NCBI GenBank assembly: GCA_963799485.1
Contig: CAWCXJ010000005.1
Coordinates: forward strand, 170,480-234,479
Length of the DNA stretch: 64,000 bases
Direction: 5' to 3'
From: an uncultured Trueperaceae bacterium
Lineage (GTDB): Bacteria > Deinococcota > Deinococci > Deinococcales > Trueperaceae
In this document: in pieces, positions 29,545-39,992 of the stretch
How the letters are laid out: the number at the start of each line of letters is the position of its first letter
Numbering within the stretch: position 1 is the first letter of the stretch
Program-made: the position numbers and the translations under genes
Notes under the pieces: model-generated
Told to the model about the DNA's origin: nothing
What the model saw: the letters and a program-made list of their open reading frames with translations, nothing else
Databases searched by the model: none

Positions 29545-30489
29545 CTAGCCTTTAATCCCCGACATCACCAAACCCCGGACGTAGTAGCGCTGCAACGTCA
29601 AAAAGACGAGCGCCAGTGGAACGACCGAAACGGCTAGGGCGGCTTGCCGCAAAGACTGCCCCGAGGGGGTGTTGTACGCCGACTGCATCAGGTAGATACC
29701 GACGGTGAGCGGTTGCAAATCGGGGTTCGTCCGGGTGACGGTCAGCGTCCAGATAAACTCGTTCCACTGGTACAAAAACACGAACACGCCGAGGGTGACG
29801 AGCGCCGGTTTGAGAAGCGGCAACACCACGCTCCAGAAGATTCTAAACTCGTTTGCGCCGTCAATCCGCGCGGCGTCTAGAACCGCGTCCGGGATACTGA
29901 CCATAAATTGCCGCATCAAAAAGATGCCGTAGTACGTCACCATAAACGGCAAGATAACCGCCGCGTAGGTGCCCAACAACCCGCCACCGCCCTGACCGAA
30001 CACGTCGTTGCCGCCCGCCAGCGGAAAAAAACGCATGATAAAAAAGAGCGGAATCAAAAAGAGAAAAAAGGGAAACATCTGTGCGCCCAAAACGGCCCGG
30101 AAAATCGCGTCGCGCCCACGAAACTGGTATTTGGCCAAGGCAAACCCGGCCATCGTACTGGTGAGAAGTTGCAACATCGTAACGGTAGCGGTGATAAATA
30201 AGCTGTTCGCGTACCATTTGAGCATCGGCAGAGCGGTAAATACCTGCTGGTAAACGCTCCACTGCGCGACTTCAGGCCAAAAAATCGGTGGCGTCGCCAC
30301 GCGTTCGGCGGGCGTCCGCAGTGCGCCGACGAACATCTCCAAAAACGGCAGCAACACGAGCAGCGCCCCGGCGCTGAGCAGCACATACTTTAAGATGCTC
30401 AAGAACAGCCGTAACCCTCTAGACGACCCTGCCGGGGGCCGCGTCGGTTCGCGCCGGGTCACGGCCTGGTTGCGTCCGGTAATAGCCAT
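29545..30489 (-). CDS. Carbohydrate ABC transporter permease (MalG-like)
   Basis: IPDAVLDAARIDGA EAA loop; QRYYVRG C-terminus. Confidence 0.93.
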   Translation of the reverse strand: MAITGRNQAVTRREPTRPPAGSSRGLRLFLSILKYVLLSAGALLVLLPFLEMFVGALRTPAERVATPPIFWPEVAQWSVYQQVFTALPMLKWYANSLFITATVTMLQLLTSTMAGFALAKYQFRGRDAIFRAVLGAQMFPFFLFLIPLFFIMRFFPLAGGNDVFGQGGGGLLGTYAAVILPFMVTYYGIFLMRQFMVSIPDAVLDAARIDGANEFRIFWSVVLPLLKPALVTLGVFVFLYQWNEFIWTLTVTRTNPDLQPLTVGIYLMQSAYNTPSGQSLRQAALAVSVVPLALVFLTLQRYYVRGLVMSGIKG

Positions 30490-31424
30490 TAGTACGCCTC
30501 GAGCCCGCCGCGCCGAAAAAAGCGCAGCTGAACAGCGGTTAAAACGACGATAATCACAAACAGCACGAACGCCGCTGCCGACGCCCGCCCTAACCGTAAA
30601 TCTTCAAACGCCGTCTGATACATATAAAACGCCGTCACGCTGGTACTACCCGCCGGGCCACCGTTCGTGAGCGCCAAAATCAGGTCGAACGCACCCATCC
30701 CGCTGATAAAACTCGTGACGGTGACGAACAGCAGCGTCGGGCGCAAGAGCGGCAGGGTGACGTGCCAAAAACTCTGCCAGATATTCGCTCCGTCGACCTG
30801 GGCAGCCTCGTCGTAAGAGCCGTCGATGCCCTCGAGTCCTGCTGAAAAGATCAGCATGTTCGCTCCCAAACCTGTCCAGATGGCAACGATAATCACCGCC
30901 CACATCGCGTAAGTCGGGTCGGTCAGCCAGTTGGGGCCAACAACCCCGAAAACGCCTAAAAGCCGGTTGAAGAGCCCGTAACGCCCGTCTAGAATAAACT
31001 GCCACAAGTAGGCGATAGCAACGACGTTGGTGATCATCGGGAGCCAGTAGATAGAGCGCCAGAACGCCCGAAAACGGCTCTGCGTAAAGGTAAAAGCGAC
31101 AAGTAGCGCCAGCGGAATCCCTAAAAATACCGTCCCGCCTGCGTAAAAAAGCGTATTGAGCAGCGAGCGCTGAAAACCGGCGTCTTGCAAGATAAAAGTA
31201 AAGTTGTCCAGCCCGATAAAGCGCGGCGCGGACAGTCCGTTCCAACGGGTAAAGGTCAGGTAGAGCGAAAACCCTACCGGGAGCAGGAAGAAAACGACGA
31301 AAAATACCAGCAGAGGGGCTAAAAAAACGTAAGGTGCCCAGTCTCTTTGTTGTCTTTTACGGCGTTGTCTTTTATGGTGGGGGTGGCCTGCAAGCGGCGC
31401 GCCCCCCGGTGAAGTTGTACTCAT
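30489..31424 (-). CDS. Carbohydrate ABC transporter permease (MalF-like)
   Basis: FIGLDNF and YDEAAQVDGA..FWHVTLPLLRP motifs. Confidence 0.93.
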   Translation of the reverse strand: MSTTSPGGAPLAGHPHHKRQRRKRQQRDWAPYVFLAPLLVFFVVFFLLPVGFSLYLTFTRWNGLSAPRFIGLDNFTFILQDAGFQRSLLNTLFYAGGTVFLGIPLALLVAFTFTQSRFRAFWRSIYWLPMITNVVAIAYLWQFILDGRYGLFNRLLGVFGVVGPNWLTDPTYAMWAVIIVAIWTGLGANMLIFSAGLEGIDGSYDEAAQVDGANIWQSFWHVTLPLLRPTLLFVTVTSFISGMGAFDLILALTNGGPAGSTSVTAFYMYQTAFEDLRLGRASAAAFVLFVIIVVLTAVQLRFFRRGGLEAY

Positions 31425-31437
31425 CAGTCCCGTCTCA

Positions 31438-32688
31438 TTAGTAGAATTCAGCCAAGATGGCGCTGATTTCGCTGTCCGCTTGTGAGAGCGCAGCTTCGGG
31501 AGAGAGGTCGCCGCGGTAAGCTTGCGTCAGGTAGGTCTGCAAAATCGTTTCGATTTCAGACGCCTGGATCACGTTGGGTTCGGTGATCGAACGCTCCAAG
31601 GCGTCGGCGTAAGGTGCCGTAAAAAAGTCGCCGAGTTGGGCTTGGGCCGCTTGGATGTCGGCGTTGTTCGCCGTCAGCGCGCCGAGGTCAACGAGCATCG
31701 CGCCCATACAAGACGGGCCGCCCTCTTGCCGAGCGCTCGCCTGCGAGTTCAGCCACTTGATAAACGCCCACGACTCGTCCTGCACGTCACTGTTCGCGTC
31801 TACGCCGTAAAAAAAGGCGTACTGCAAGCTCCGCCAGTCGTCACCCATAGGAATCTGACTGACGCCGACGGTCTCTTCAAAGGCGTCACCGAAGACCTCA
31901 CGGTAGGTGCCCTCTTGCCAGCCGGCTTGAATGGTCATCGCTACGTCCCCGGCTTGAAAGGCGTCCGAATCGACGCTGAGGTCGGCGGAACCCGCGTCGA
32001 AAAGGCCGACCATCTCTTGCAGCGCTTCTAACGCCTCGGGAGAACCCAAGTTCGTTTCGGTAAAGTCGTCGCTAAAAAGCTCTATACCTTTGGAGTAGAG
32101 GAGCGTCAGGTACGGGTGTACGACCCCGGCGACGCTCGGATAGTAGCCGGCGTAACCGATCTGGGTGGCGCGGCCCTGCGCGTCGCGTTTGGTCGTTGCC
32201 GCGGCGACCTGCATAAACTCGTCCCAGGTCGTCGGCGGCGCGTCGATACCCGCTTCTTCAAAAATCTTTTTGTTGTAGACAAGCAGGTAGTTCGATACTT
32301 CGGTCGGAACGCCCCACACTTGACCGTCGATGGTTACGGCGTCTACGGTGCTTGGCACGTAGCCGTCTGAAACGAAGCTCAACACGTCGTCGGGCGGCGT
32401 GGCGAGCAGGCCGTTATCGACGAGCTGCGCGGCCCAGATCGAGTAGACGTGGTAGATGTCGGGGGACTGACCCCCCAGACGCGCCGTCAAGATGGTCTGG
32501 AGGTAATCACCGTAAGGAATCTGCTGATGGACGACCTTGACGCCGGTTTCTTGTTCGTACTGGGCAAAACAGGGCTCGAGTACCGCCACATTCTCCGGCG
32601 GATAGTGCGTTGCCAGCGTGATGGTTTGCGCGGTCGCAGCTGAAAGCAAAGACACCACGCCCAGCGCTAAGGGTAACAATCTCTTCAT
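31438..32688 (-). CDS. Sugar ABC transporter substrate-binding protein (CUT1)
   Basis: Signal peptide; LVYNKKIFEEAGI..PPTTWDE motif. Confidence 0.92.
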   Translation of the reverse strand: MKRLLPLALGVVSLLSAATAQTITLATHYPPENVAVLEPCFAQYEQETGVKVVHQQIPYGDYLQTILTARLGGQSPDIYHVYSIWAAQLVDNGLLATPPDDVLSFVSDGYVPSTVDAVTIDGQVWGVPTEVSNYLLVYNKKIFEEAGIDAPPTTWDEFMQVAAATTKRDAQGRATQIGYAGYYPSVAGVVHPYLTLLYSKGIELFSDDFTETNLGSPEALEALQEMVGLFDAGSADLSVDSDAFQAGDVAMTIQAGWQEGTYREVFGDAFEETVGVSQIPMGDDWRSLQYAFFYGVDANSDVQDESWAFIKWLNSQASARQEGGPSCMGAMLVDLGALTANNADIQAAQAQLGDFFTAPYADALERSITEPNVIQASEIETILQTYLTQAYRGDLSPEAALSQADSEISAILAEFY

Positions 32689-32976
32689 AAGTTTTCCCTT
32701 CGGTTTAGCAAAGTACGTTCTAGCTACCCGGGTATTTTACTTGGCTGAGCTGTAGCGCAAAAGCCGGGTCGATTACGTTTGTCCACTGTTTGGCTCAAGT
32801 CGCCGGGCAAAGTGTGTCAGGAAAAATAGCTTGATGCTAAGGGGCTCGAGAGATTGTTGCACCCGACTTGTACTCGACCCGAACCCGCGTACCCGGGCCG
32901 TAAACCTGCAACCTGTATATCCGCGTACTATCGGCGCGAGGTCATTTTGGGCTAAGATACCGCTCAGGAGGGCTTT

Positions 32977-33234
32977 ATGAGCTTTATTGCGTGGCTTGTT
33001 CTAGGTGCGCTCGCCGGTTGGATTGCCAGCTTGATTGCCGGAACGAATCGGCAGCAGGGTTGCCTGATTGACATCATCGTCGGGATTGTCGGGGCGTTTA
33101 TCGGCGGATATGTTTTCGACCTACTTAACGTTGGGCCGCAGGTCACGGGTTTTAATCTGCCGAGCTTGCTCGTTGCGGTTGTCGGCGCAGTGATTCTGCT
33201 CTTTATCGTCAAGGCGATTCAAGGGCGGCGTTAA
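32977..33234 (+). CDS. GlsB/YeaQ/YmgE (transglycosylase-associated) membrane protein
   Basis: WLVLGALAGWIAS..DIIVGIVGAFIGG..SLLVAVVGAVILL pattern. Confidence 0.9.
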   Translation: MSFIAWLVLGALAGWIASLIAGTNRQQGCLIDIIVGIVGAFIGGYVFDLLNVGPQVTGFNLPSLLVAVVGAVILLFIVKAIQGRR

Positions 33235-33324
33235 GCCGGGCTTCTCAGGCCGTTCAGCTAAAAAAGAACGACGTGGAGATAAACCTCCACGTCGTTTGTG
33301 TTATCTGGAATTGCAGGGAAAGCC

Positions 33325-34938
33325 CTAGCGGCTGTAGCGAGAATTCCGCGAGCGGTTGTTGCTGTAATCCCGGTTGCTGCTACTCTCGACACGGCGGCGC
33401 GGGCGGCTGGACTGCCTGGGCTGTCTTTCAAAGGGGGCGGCTTCGACTGTTGTGGCGGTGCTGACGCTAAGCCCTTCGATGTCGGCGGGAAGCCCGGCAA
33501 CTTCTTCAGGTTTGATGTCGGCGTACCCGCTTTGCAACCCGGCCTGTACGCGGCCCAGGTCACCGACCCCGGCTTGCTTCAGCAGACGTACGGTTTGCGG
33601 GACGCTCATCGGACGGCCCTGAAGCTGCACCGTCGTCCAGCCTTCCTCGCCGGTCAGGAGGCTGCGCGGAGCCGGCGCGCCGCCCAGCGTAAGGGCTAAA
33701 AATCCAGCGAGGGTGTCGGCGTCGCCGGTCTCGAGCCAGGTCTTGGCAACCTCTTGCCAGGTAGCTTTATCTTGCGCGCTCTGCCGGGCGATGCTGCGCC
33801 GGAGTCCGGCGAGCTTGGCCCCCTGAACGGCTTCGGGTTGAGGCGGCGCGGCGCGGTCGAGTTTACGCGAGATAGCGCGCTCGAGCATCGCTAACTCGCG
33901 GCGTTCGCGCGGACTCATCAGCAAGACGACGGTGCCAGCGCGGCCTGCGCGTCCGGTACGACCCGAACGGTGCTGATACCGCTCCATCTGCTCGGGGAAA
34001 CGGTAGTGAACCACCAGATCGACGTCGGGAATGTCGAGGCCGCGTGCGGCAACGTCGGTAGCGACCAGCACCGTTACCTGACCGGCGCGAAAACGGTCTA
34101 GCACGCGCTCGCGCTGCACCTGATTGAGGTCGCCGTGAACGGCTTCGGCGGCGTGACCCTGGGCGCTCAAGGTTTTGGCAAGCTCGTCGACTTCGGCTTT
34201 GGTGCGGGTAAAAACGATGGTGTGGCCCTGACCGTGAACGTGCAATACGTCGCTCAAAATACCCAAGCGGGCGCTTAGCGGCGCTTCGATGGCAATTTCC
34301 TTGTAGGACACCTCTTCGTCTTTGACGACGTTGGCCCGGAGCGGGTTGCGGAGGTGCCGTGCGGCGAGGCTTTCGGCCCAGCGCGGCAGCGTTGCAGAGA
34401 AGAGCATCGTTTGACGTTCGTCGGGTGTGGCAGAGAGGAGGAGTTCGACGTCTTCTTCAAAGCCGGCGTTGAGCATCTCGTCGGCTTCGTCCAGAACAAC
34501 GACCTCGATGTGAGCGAGTTGCAGCAAGCCTTGTTTGTAGTAATCAATCGCGCGTCCGGGAGTAGCGACGACGATATCCACGCCGCGTTTTAGGTCGGCG
34601 GCTTGTTTGCCGTAGCCGGTACCGCCGTAAACGCTCACGACGTTGAGGTCGGTGGCGAGCCACTCGAGCTCCCCGGCAACTTGTAGGGCGAGTTCGCGGG
34701 TCGGGGCGAGGATGAGCGCGCGGGGTGCGCGGCCCTTGGCGTTGTCGGATGCTAAACGGTGTGCGATGGGCAAGCCGAACGCCAGCGTTTTGCCGGTGCC
34801 GGTGCGGGCCAACCCGAGTACGTCGCCGCCCTCTAGGGCGTGGCGCAGTGTGGCTTCTTGAATAGCGGTTTGCTCCGTGAAACCTTTGGCAGCAAGCGCA
34901 CGCGCAACAGGTTCCCGCAAAGGGAAGTCTATAAACAT
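33325..34938 (-). CDS. DEAD-box RNA helicase
   Basis: ARTGTGKT, PTRELA, DEAD, SAT, ARGLD and HRSGRTGR motifs. Confidence 0.97.
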   Translation of the reverse strand: MFIDFPLREPVARALAAKGFTEQTAIQEATLRHALEGGDVLGLARTGTGKTLAFGLPIAHRLASDNAKGRAPRALILAPTRELALQVAGELEWLATDLNVVSVYGGTGYGKQAADLKRGVDIVVATPGRAIDYYKQGLLQLAHIEVVVLDEADEMLNAGFEEDVELLLSATPDERQTMLFSATLPRWAESLAARHLRNPLRANVVKDEEVSYKEIAIEAPLSARLGILSDVLHVHGQGHTIVFTRTKAEVDELAKTLSAQGHAAEAVHGDLNQVQRERVLDRFRAGQVTVLVATDVAARGLDIPDVDLVVHYRFPEQMERYQHRSGRTGRAGRAGTVVLLMSPRERRELAMLERAISRKLDRAAPPQPEAVQGAKLAGLRRSIARQSAQDKATWQEVAKTWLETGDADTLAGFLALTLGGAPAPRSLLTGEEGWTTVQLQGRPMSVPQTVRLLKQAGVGDLGRVQAGLQSGYADIKPEEVAGLPADIEGLSVSTATTVEAAPFERQPRQSSRPRRRVESSSNRDYSNNRSRNSRYSR

Positions 34939-35131
34939 ATGTTTCCTTTCTGGGCCTGCCCAAACCTTAGCCCATACTCAGAACCTGATTACGTTTTTTT
35001 CGGGGTTCAAAATTTGTGGGATAGTAAGGCGCAGCAGGTGTGTGCCTTATCCAAGTGTAGGGGAGAGGGGCGATAAAGTCAACGTCCTGAACGACATTAC
35101 TTAAACATTGGCTGTCAAACAAGCTCAAACC

Positions 35132-35470
35132 TTAAACAGGGGTCACAGCTTTGGCAAGAATCAGGTTGCCGTATTTGGCAGTTTCGCCGGTCATGACGAC
35201 GGCAAAGGCGGCCCGCGCTCGGTCGTAAAAATCTTTTCCGGCGCTGTGCCCGATCAGCGGCGTACCGGAGTAAAAGCGGTTGGTAACGCTGCGAAACGCT
35301 CTTTCGACCTCCGGTTCGGCCTCGTCCCCGGCTGCCGGAGCCCTCATCACCCGCGGTGCCGGAACATACGCGTCGCGGGTGATGAGGGGCACGACGCCCG
35401 CGCACGCTGCGACCCTGATACCGTCGGCACGGCTGATTTGGGGGTTACCCGAGCGCCCGCACAGATCAGC
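35132..35470 (-). pseudogene. RbsD/FucU-family mutarotase remnant (N-terminus lost, frameshifted)
   Basis: C-terminal FYDRARAAFAVVMTGETAKYGNLIL.K; upstream PQISRADGI lies in another frame; no MLKG..MGHGD N-terminus. Confidence 0.75.
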
Positions 35471-35499
35471 ACTGTCCGGATAAAGATGTGGCGCGCCTA

Positions 35500-36456
35500 C
35501 TACTGCCGACGTTTGCGGAGCTGGTCGGTATAGACTACCGCGACGATAATCAGCCCCGTGATAATCGGTTGCCAGAACGGATTGACGCCCAAAAGGTTGC
35601 TGCCGTTATTGATGGTCGTCAGCAGGAGTGCGCCGATAAACGAACCGATAATCGAGCCTTCGGCCCCGAACAGGCTGGCCCCGCCGATCACCGACGCCGC
35701 AATCGCGTCGAGTTCGTAGTAGGTGCCGGCGGTCGGGATGCCGACGCTGATACGTGAAGCGAGCAAGATACCTGCAAGCGCGGCCAGGGTTGCAGAAACG
35801 GCGTAGGCCAGATAGATGGTACGACCAATCTTGACGCCGCTCAAGCGGGACGCCTCGAGGTTACTCCCGACCGCGTAGATGTAGCGCCCGAAACGGCTTC
35901 GCTGCAACAAAATATACGTTACGAGTCCGACGATAATCACGACCCAGAAAAGACTGGGGATGCCGAAAAACGTCGCTTGGGAGAAGTCCGAAAAACTTCT
36001 CGGCAAGCCGCCGATGCTCTGCCCATTGGTAATCAGCAGCGCCACCCCGCGCAACCCCACGAGCGATGCGAGCGTCATGATAAAGGGGGGCAACCCGAGA
36101 TTGTAGACACCAAAACCGTGATACACGCCAATCAGAGCGCCCAAGAGGAGCGTCAACAAGGCGGCGAGCGGAAACGGTACGCCCGCCTGATTGAGTAAGG
36201 CGAGCGTCACCCCGCTGAGCCCGACGACCGACCCTACCGAGAGGTCGATTCCGGCAGTGATGATGACGAACGTCTGCCCGAAGGCGACGAGTGCCCCGAT
36301 AGACGTTTGCCGAACCAGGTTGCTGATATTTTGTCCGGTAAAAAAGGTATCGGTCGAAAGCGCCAGCCCGAGCCAGAGGAGCGCCAGGAGCCCGAACAGG
36401 GTGAGCTGCAGCAGCGTTTTAGGGTCGAAGCGGCGGGTTGCGGGTCGAGTTGCCAT
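35500..36456 (-). CDS. Monosaccharide ABC transporter permease (RbsC-like)
   Basis: GIDLSVG, GRYIYAVGSN and YELDAIAASVIGG motifs. Confidence 0.94.
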   Translation of the reverse strand: MATRPATRRFDPKTLLQLTLFGLLALLWLGLALSTDTFFTGQNISNLVRQTSIGALVAFGQTFVIITAGIDLSVGSVVGLSGVTLALLNQAGVPFPLAALLTLLLGALIGVYHGFGVYNLGLPPFIMTLASLVGLRGVALLITNGQSIGGLPRSFSDFSQATFFGIPSLFWVVIIVGLVTYILLQRSRFGRYIYAVGSNLEASRLSGVKIGRTIYLAYAVSATLAALAGILLASRISVGIPTAGTYYELDAIAASVIGGASLFGAEGSIIGSFIGALLLTTINNGSNLLGVNPFWQPIITGLIIVAVVYTDQLRKRRQ

Positions 36457-36465
36457 AGGGTTCCT

Positions 36466-38003
36466 TTACGCGCCGAGCGCCTGCTCCAAGATGGTCTCGC
36501 TGGGCGCGCTCTCGTGCGGATAGCTGCCGACGAGCCTGCCTTCCCTGAAAACGTGGAGGGTGTCGCTCAGCTCTAAAACTTCGGGCAAGTACGACGAGAC
36601 TAAAATGATGCCCGCACCTGCCCGGAGCAGCTCAGCGAAGAGTTTGTAAATCTTGAGCTTGGTCGATACGTCTACACCGGTCGTGGGCTCGTCGAAGATA
36701 TAGACCTCCGCGCCGTGCGAGAGCCATTTGCCGACGACGACCTTTTGCTGGTTGCCGCCTGAGAGTTTGCCGACGGGCCGCGCGGCGGTAGGCGTGCGGA
36801 TACTCAGGTTGACGATCTGTTCGTCGGCGTGCCGAGCCTCGAGTCCCCCCGCACCAAGCCAAAGCGGCTGAGGTGGCGGTAGCTCGGTAAGTTGAGGTTA
36901 AAGCCGACCGGCAGCGTCAAGCAGAGCCCCTGCAAACGGCGGCTTTCGGGGATGAGCGCAATCCCGTGTTCTACGGCGTTGGTCACGCTTTTGGGCCTAA
37001 ACGCCCGACCTTCAAGCATGATTTCCCCGGCGACCGGTTTGACGCGACCGAAGAGCGCCGCTAAAAACTCGCTGCGGCCCGCGCCGATAAGCCCAAAGAG
37101 CCCGATGATTTCGCCGCGCCGGAGCGACATACTGATGTCTTCAAAACCGGGGCCGGACAGCGCGCGCGTCTCGAGCAGCGTGTCGCCCTTTTCAAACGTT
37201 TCTTTGTAGTAGAGCTGCTCGAAGCTGCGCCCCGCCATGTCGCGGATAAGGCCGCTCCGGGTCGTTTCGGCGACGTTCCGGCTCGAGACCACCGCCCCGT
37301 CGCGCAAGACCGTGACCCGGTCGCAAAGATCGAACACCTCTTCAAGGCGGTGACTGATATAGACAATCGTTACGCCCTCGCCCTGAAGCCGCCGAATCAG
37401 CCGAAAGAGCCCCTGCGCCTCGTTGTTCGACAGGTACGCCGAGGGCTCATCGAAGATCAGCAGTTTGGTGCCCCTGGCACTCGCCCGCGCCGTCGCCACA
37501 AGCTGCTGCTGCCCGATGGTCAGGTCGCCCAAGCGCTGCCGCGCCGAGAGCTGAAACCCGAGGTCGTCCAAGAGCACCTGCGCGCGCCGGTTCATCTCGC
37601 CGCTCTGCACCAGCCCCAACCGGGTCGGTTCGTCGCCCAAAAAGATATTCTCCGCAACGCTCAAGGCGGGCGCGAGCGCGACTTCCTGGTGGACGGCGTT
37701 AATGCCTAGAGCTTGAGCCTCGAGCGGACTCCTCAACTGGGCCTCTTGACCTTGCCAGAAGATGCTGCCGCCGTCTTTTTGATGTGCACCCGTCAGAATT
37801 TTGATCAGCGTCGATTTGCCTGCGCCGTTCTCGCCGACGATACCGTGTGTCTCACCCCGACGAACGCTAAAACTTACCGCCTGAAGCGCGTGTGTGCCGG
37901 GAAAGCGTTTGTCGACACCTTGAAGTTCTAGAAGTACGTCTGTTTGTGCAACTGCGTCAGGCGTTCTAGAAACAGTGACGTGCCGAGTCGTTTGCTGGGT
38001 CAT
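36466..38003 (-). pseudogene. Monosaccharide ABC ATP-binding protein (RbsA-like) with a 1-nt frameshift in a G6 run at 36845-36850
   Basis: GENGAGKS and DEPS in the first frame; the second frame continues LEARHADEQIVNLSIRTP..LSGGNQQKV..SSYLPEV to a stop at 36466. Confidence 0.85.
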
Positions 38004-38027
38004 AGGGGAGGTCCTGTCAAGACACAA

Positions 38028-38055
38028 CCTGCGGAGAAGCGGTACACTCCGCAGG
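38028..38055. terminator. Intercistronic stem-loop after the binding-protein gene
   Basis: cctgcggag / ctccgcagg perfect 9-bp arms. Confidence 0.6.
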
Positions 38056-38086
38056 CAAAATGCAATCTACTCTTGTTCTCGCACCG

Positions 38087-39049
38087 CTACTGCGCGCGGT
38101 TTTCCGGGTAGAGGAGGTCTTGCACCTCTTGGGTATCGAAGTTTTCTTGCGTCACGATGGTTACGCCCGTATCGATCTCTTTTTCGACCTCTTCGCCGTT
38201 GATGGCGGCGACAGCGGTTTTGACGCCTTCGTAACCCATGCGGTAGGGGTTTTGCACGACCAGCGCTTTAATCTGGCCCCCTTGCAGGTATTCGATCTCT
38301 GCGTCGTCGGAATCGAAGGCGACGACGGCGACCTGAGCTTCAGCCCCGCGCTCGGCAATCGCACGTCCCGCCCCGACGCCCATCGGCAGGTTGTCGGCAA
38401 AAATGCCGACCAGATCGGGGTTGGCAACCAGGATGTCGAGCGTGTTCGACAGGGCTTGGTTGGCGTCGTTGTTGTTAAAGCGGTTGGCGACCTCGCTCAG
38501 ACCGGGGTACTTTTTGAGGCCATCGCGGAAACCTTCGTCGCGTTGGGAGAGCGAGCCGACACCGGGGAGCGCTGTGAGAATGGCAATCTGACCTTCGGCA
38601 GAACCTTTTTGTGCTTCAACGGCGTTGGCGAGCGCTTCGGCGGCGAGTTGTCCGGCGGCGAAGTTGTCGGTGGTCAAAAACGAGGTGTAGGCGTCGGTTT
38701 GGGCCGCAGAGTCGATCATGATGATCGGGATACTTTCGGCGGCACGCTCAATCGGTGCGCCGAGGGGCTCGAGCGCCGTCGGCGCAATCACAATCGCGTC
38801 GGGACCTTGGGTAACAGCGTTTTCCAAAATCGATATCTGTCCGGCAATATCGGACTCTTCGGCTGCACCCTGGGTCGTCAGGTTGACGCCCAACTCCTCT
38901 GCGGCGGCTTCGGCCCCGGCAAAGACGGTTTGCCAGTACGGTGAGGTCGTGGCTTTGACGATAACGGTGATGTTTTGCGCCAGCGCATGGACTCCAGAAG
39001 CTAGCGTAAAGATCATAACCGAAGTCAAGAATAAGCGTTTAGGATGCAT
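38087..39049 (-). CDS. Monosaccharide ABC transporter substrate-binding protein (RbsB-like)
   Basis: Signal peptide; SPYWQTV..GA, TDNFAAG and VQNPYRMGY motifs. Confidence 0.93.
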   Translation of the reverse strand: MHPKRLFLTSVMIFTLASGVHALAQNITVIVKATTSPYWQTVFAGAEAAAEELGVNLTTQGAAEESDIAGQISILENAVTQGPDAIVIAPTALEPLGAPIERAAESIPIIMIDSAAQTDAYTSFLTTDNFAAGQLAAEALANAVEAQKGSAEGQIAILTALPGVGSLSQRDEGFRDGLKKYPGLSEVANRFNNNDANQALSNTLDILVANPDLVGIFADNLPMGVGAGRAIAERGAEAQVAVVAFDSDDAEIEYLQGGQIKALVVQNPYRMGYEGVKTAVAAINGEEVEKEIDTGVTIVTQENFDTQEVQDLLYPENRAQ

Positions 39050-39235
39050 AAAATTCCCTTCGAAAAGCTCGAGCTGACGAGTCGCAGCTCGCCCTAACTA
39101 TTGCGGTCATAAAGCTCTGTCAGTTCTACCCCCAAAGCTGCACCCCCCAAAGCTGCACCAAGCCAGCGCGGCAACAAGAAGTGGAGTTGCTATGCCCGCG
39201 ATAGCAGCGGAGTTGTTGATTGTGTACTGCTTAAA

Positions 39236-39272
39236 AGCTTAGCGTAAGCGTATACAGATTGTCAATATGTAT
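39236..39272 (-). promoter_or_regulatory. Promoter (TTGACA-18-TAAGCT) overlapped by a palindromic operator
   Basis: atacagattg-t-caatatgtat (39252-39272, 9/10 symmetric) covers the -35 box. Confidence 0.6.
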
Positions 39273-39459
39273 GAAAGAGTTTGTGCATCAATGTCATATT
39301 AGTCACGCAGCAGTTTGGAGAACTCGTACGACAAAGTCTTTTATCTAGCACTTCCATGAATTATCGTCCTAACTCATAGCCGCAGTGCTGAAATGAGTTA
39401 AGGACGTTTTCAGGCATAACCGTTTTGACGGCGCCACAAAAGCTTCGATAAGGGCGGCG

Positions 39460-39720
39460 GTGTGAGTGACGACTTTACCCTGCTGGGTCAGTTCTCTAAA
39501 ACAGTTTTCGCCAAAAAGCCTGGCAAGGGCGGTCATCACGGAAAAGTTCGAGGCGATCAGCGAACCGAGCGGCGGCGATTCGGAAGCGCTCGGCGCGCGG
39601 ATACGCAAGAGGACAAAGCCGCGCAAATCGAAAATCAGCGCGTAGCGGGCGCAGCCTTTGGCGAGGAGTTCATCCAAGTGCGCCTCGACCTCGAGCAGCG
39701 CCTGACTATGAAGCCGACCG
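39460..39720 (-). pseudogene. Roadblock/LC7 (MglB-like) remnant; boundaries approximate
   Basis: LDELLAKGCARYALIFDLRGFVL..PPLGSLIASN..ALARLFGE..F.E..QQG resembles Thermus MglB; no credible start and the C-terminal half is missing. Confidence 0.6.
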
Positions 39721-39992
39721 GAAACGCCTGTTACCTGCTCGCCGGGGACGGGGCCGTTTAGCCTAACCCCACAGTTTCCACAAGTTACAGCGTGCAGGTT
39801 GGTAAGTTCTTGGACGAAACCTTTGGTACTGCGCGGCTGCAGACGTCGCCGAACCGGTACGGTTTTTTGCACGACGCGTAAAGAAAACAGCGAGCCGGCC
39901 CCAAGGTGTAGCGAGTTTGCCGGTGCGAAAGTCTAGCTGCACAGAAAAAGCCCTCGGGCGTTAAACTGAAGGCTTTAATTTTACGCTCAAAA

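Noticed and set aside
38060..38944. 294-aa plus-strand ORF and similar long antisense ORFs
   Set aside because: Shadow frames of well-supported genes in GC-rich DNA, with no motifs.
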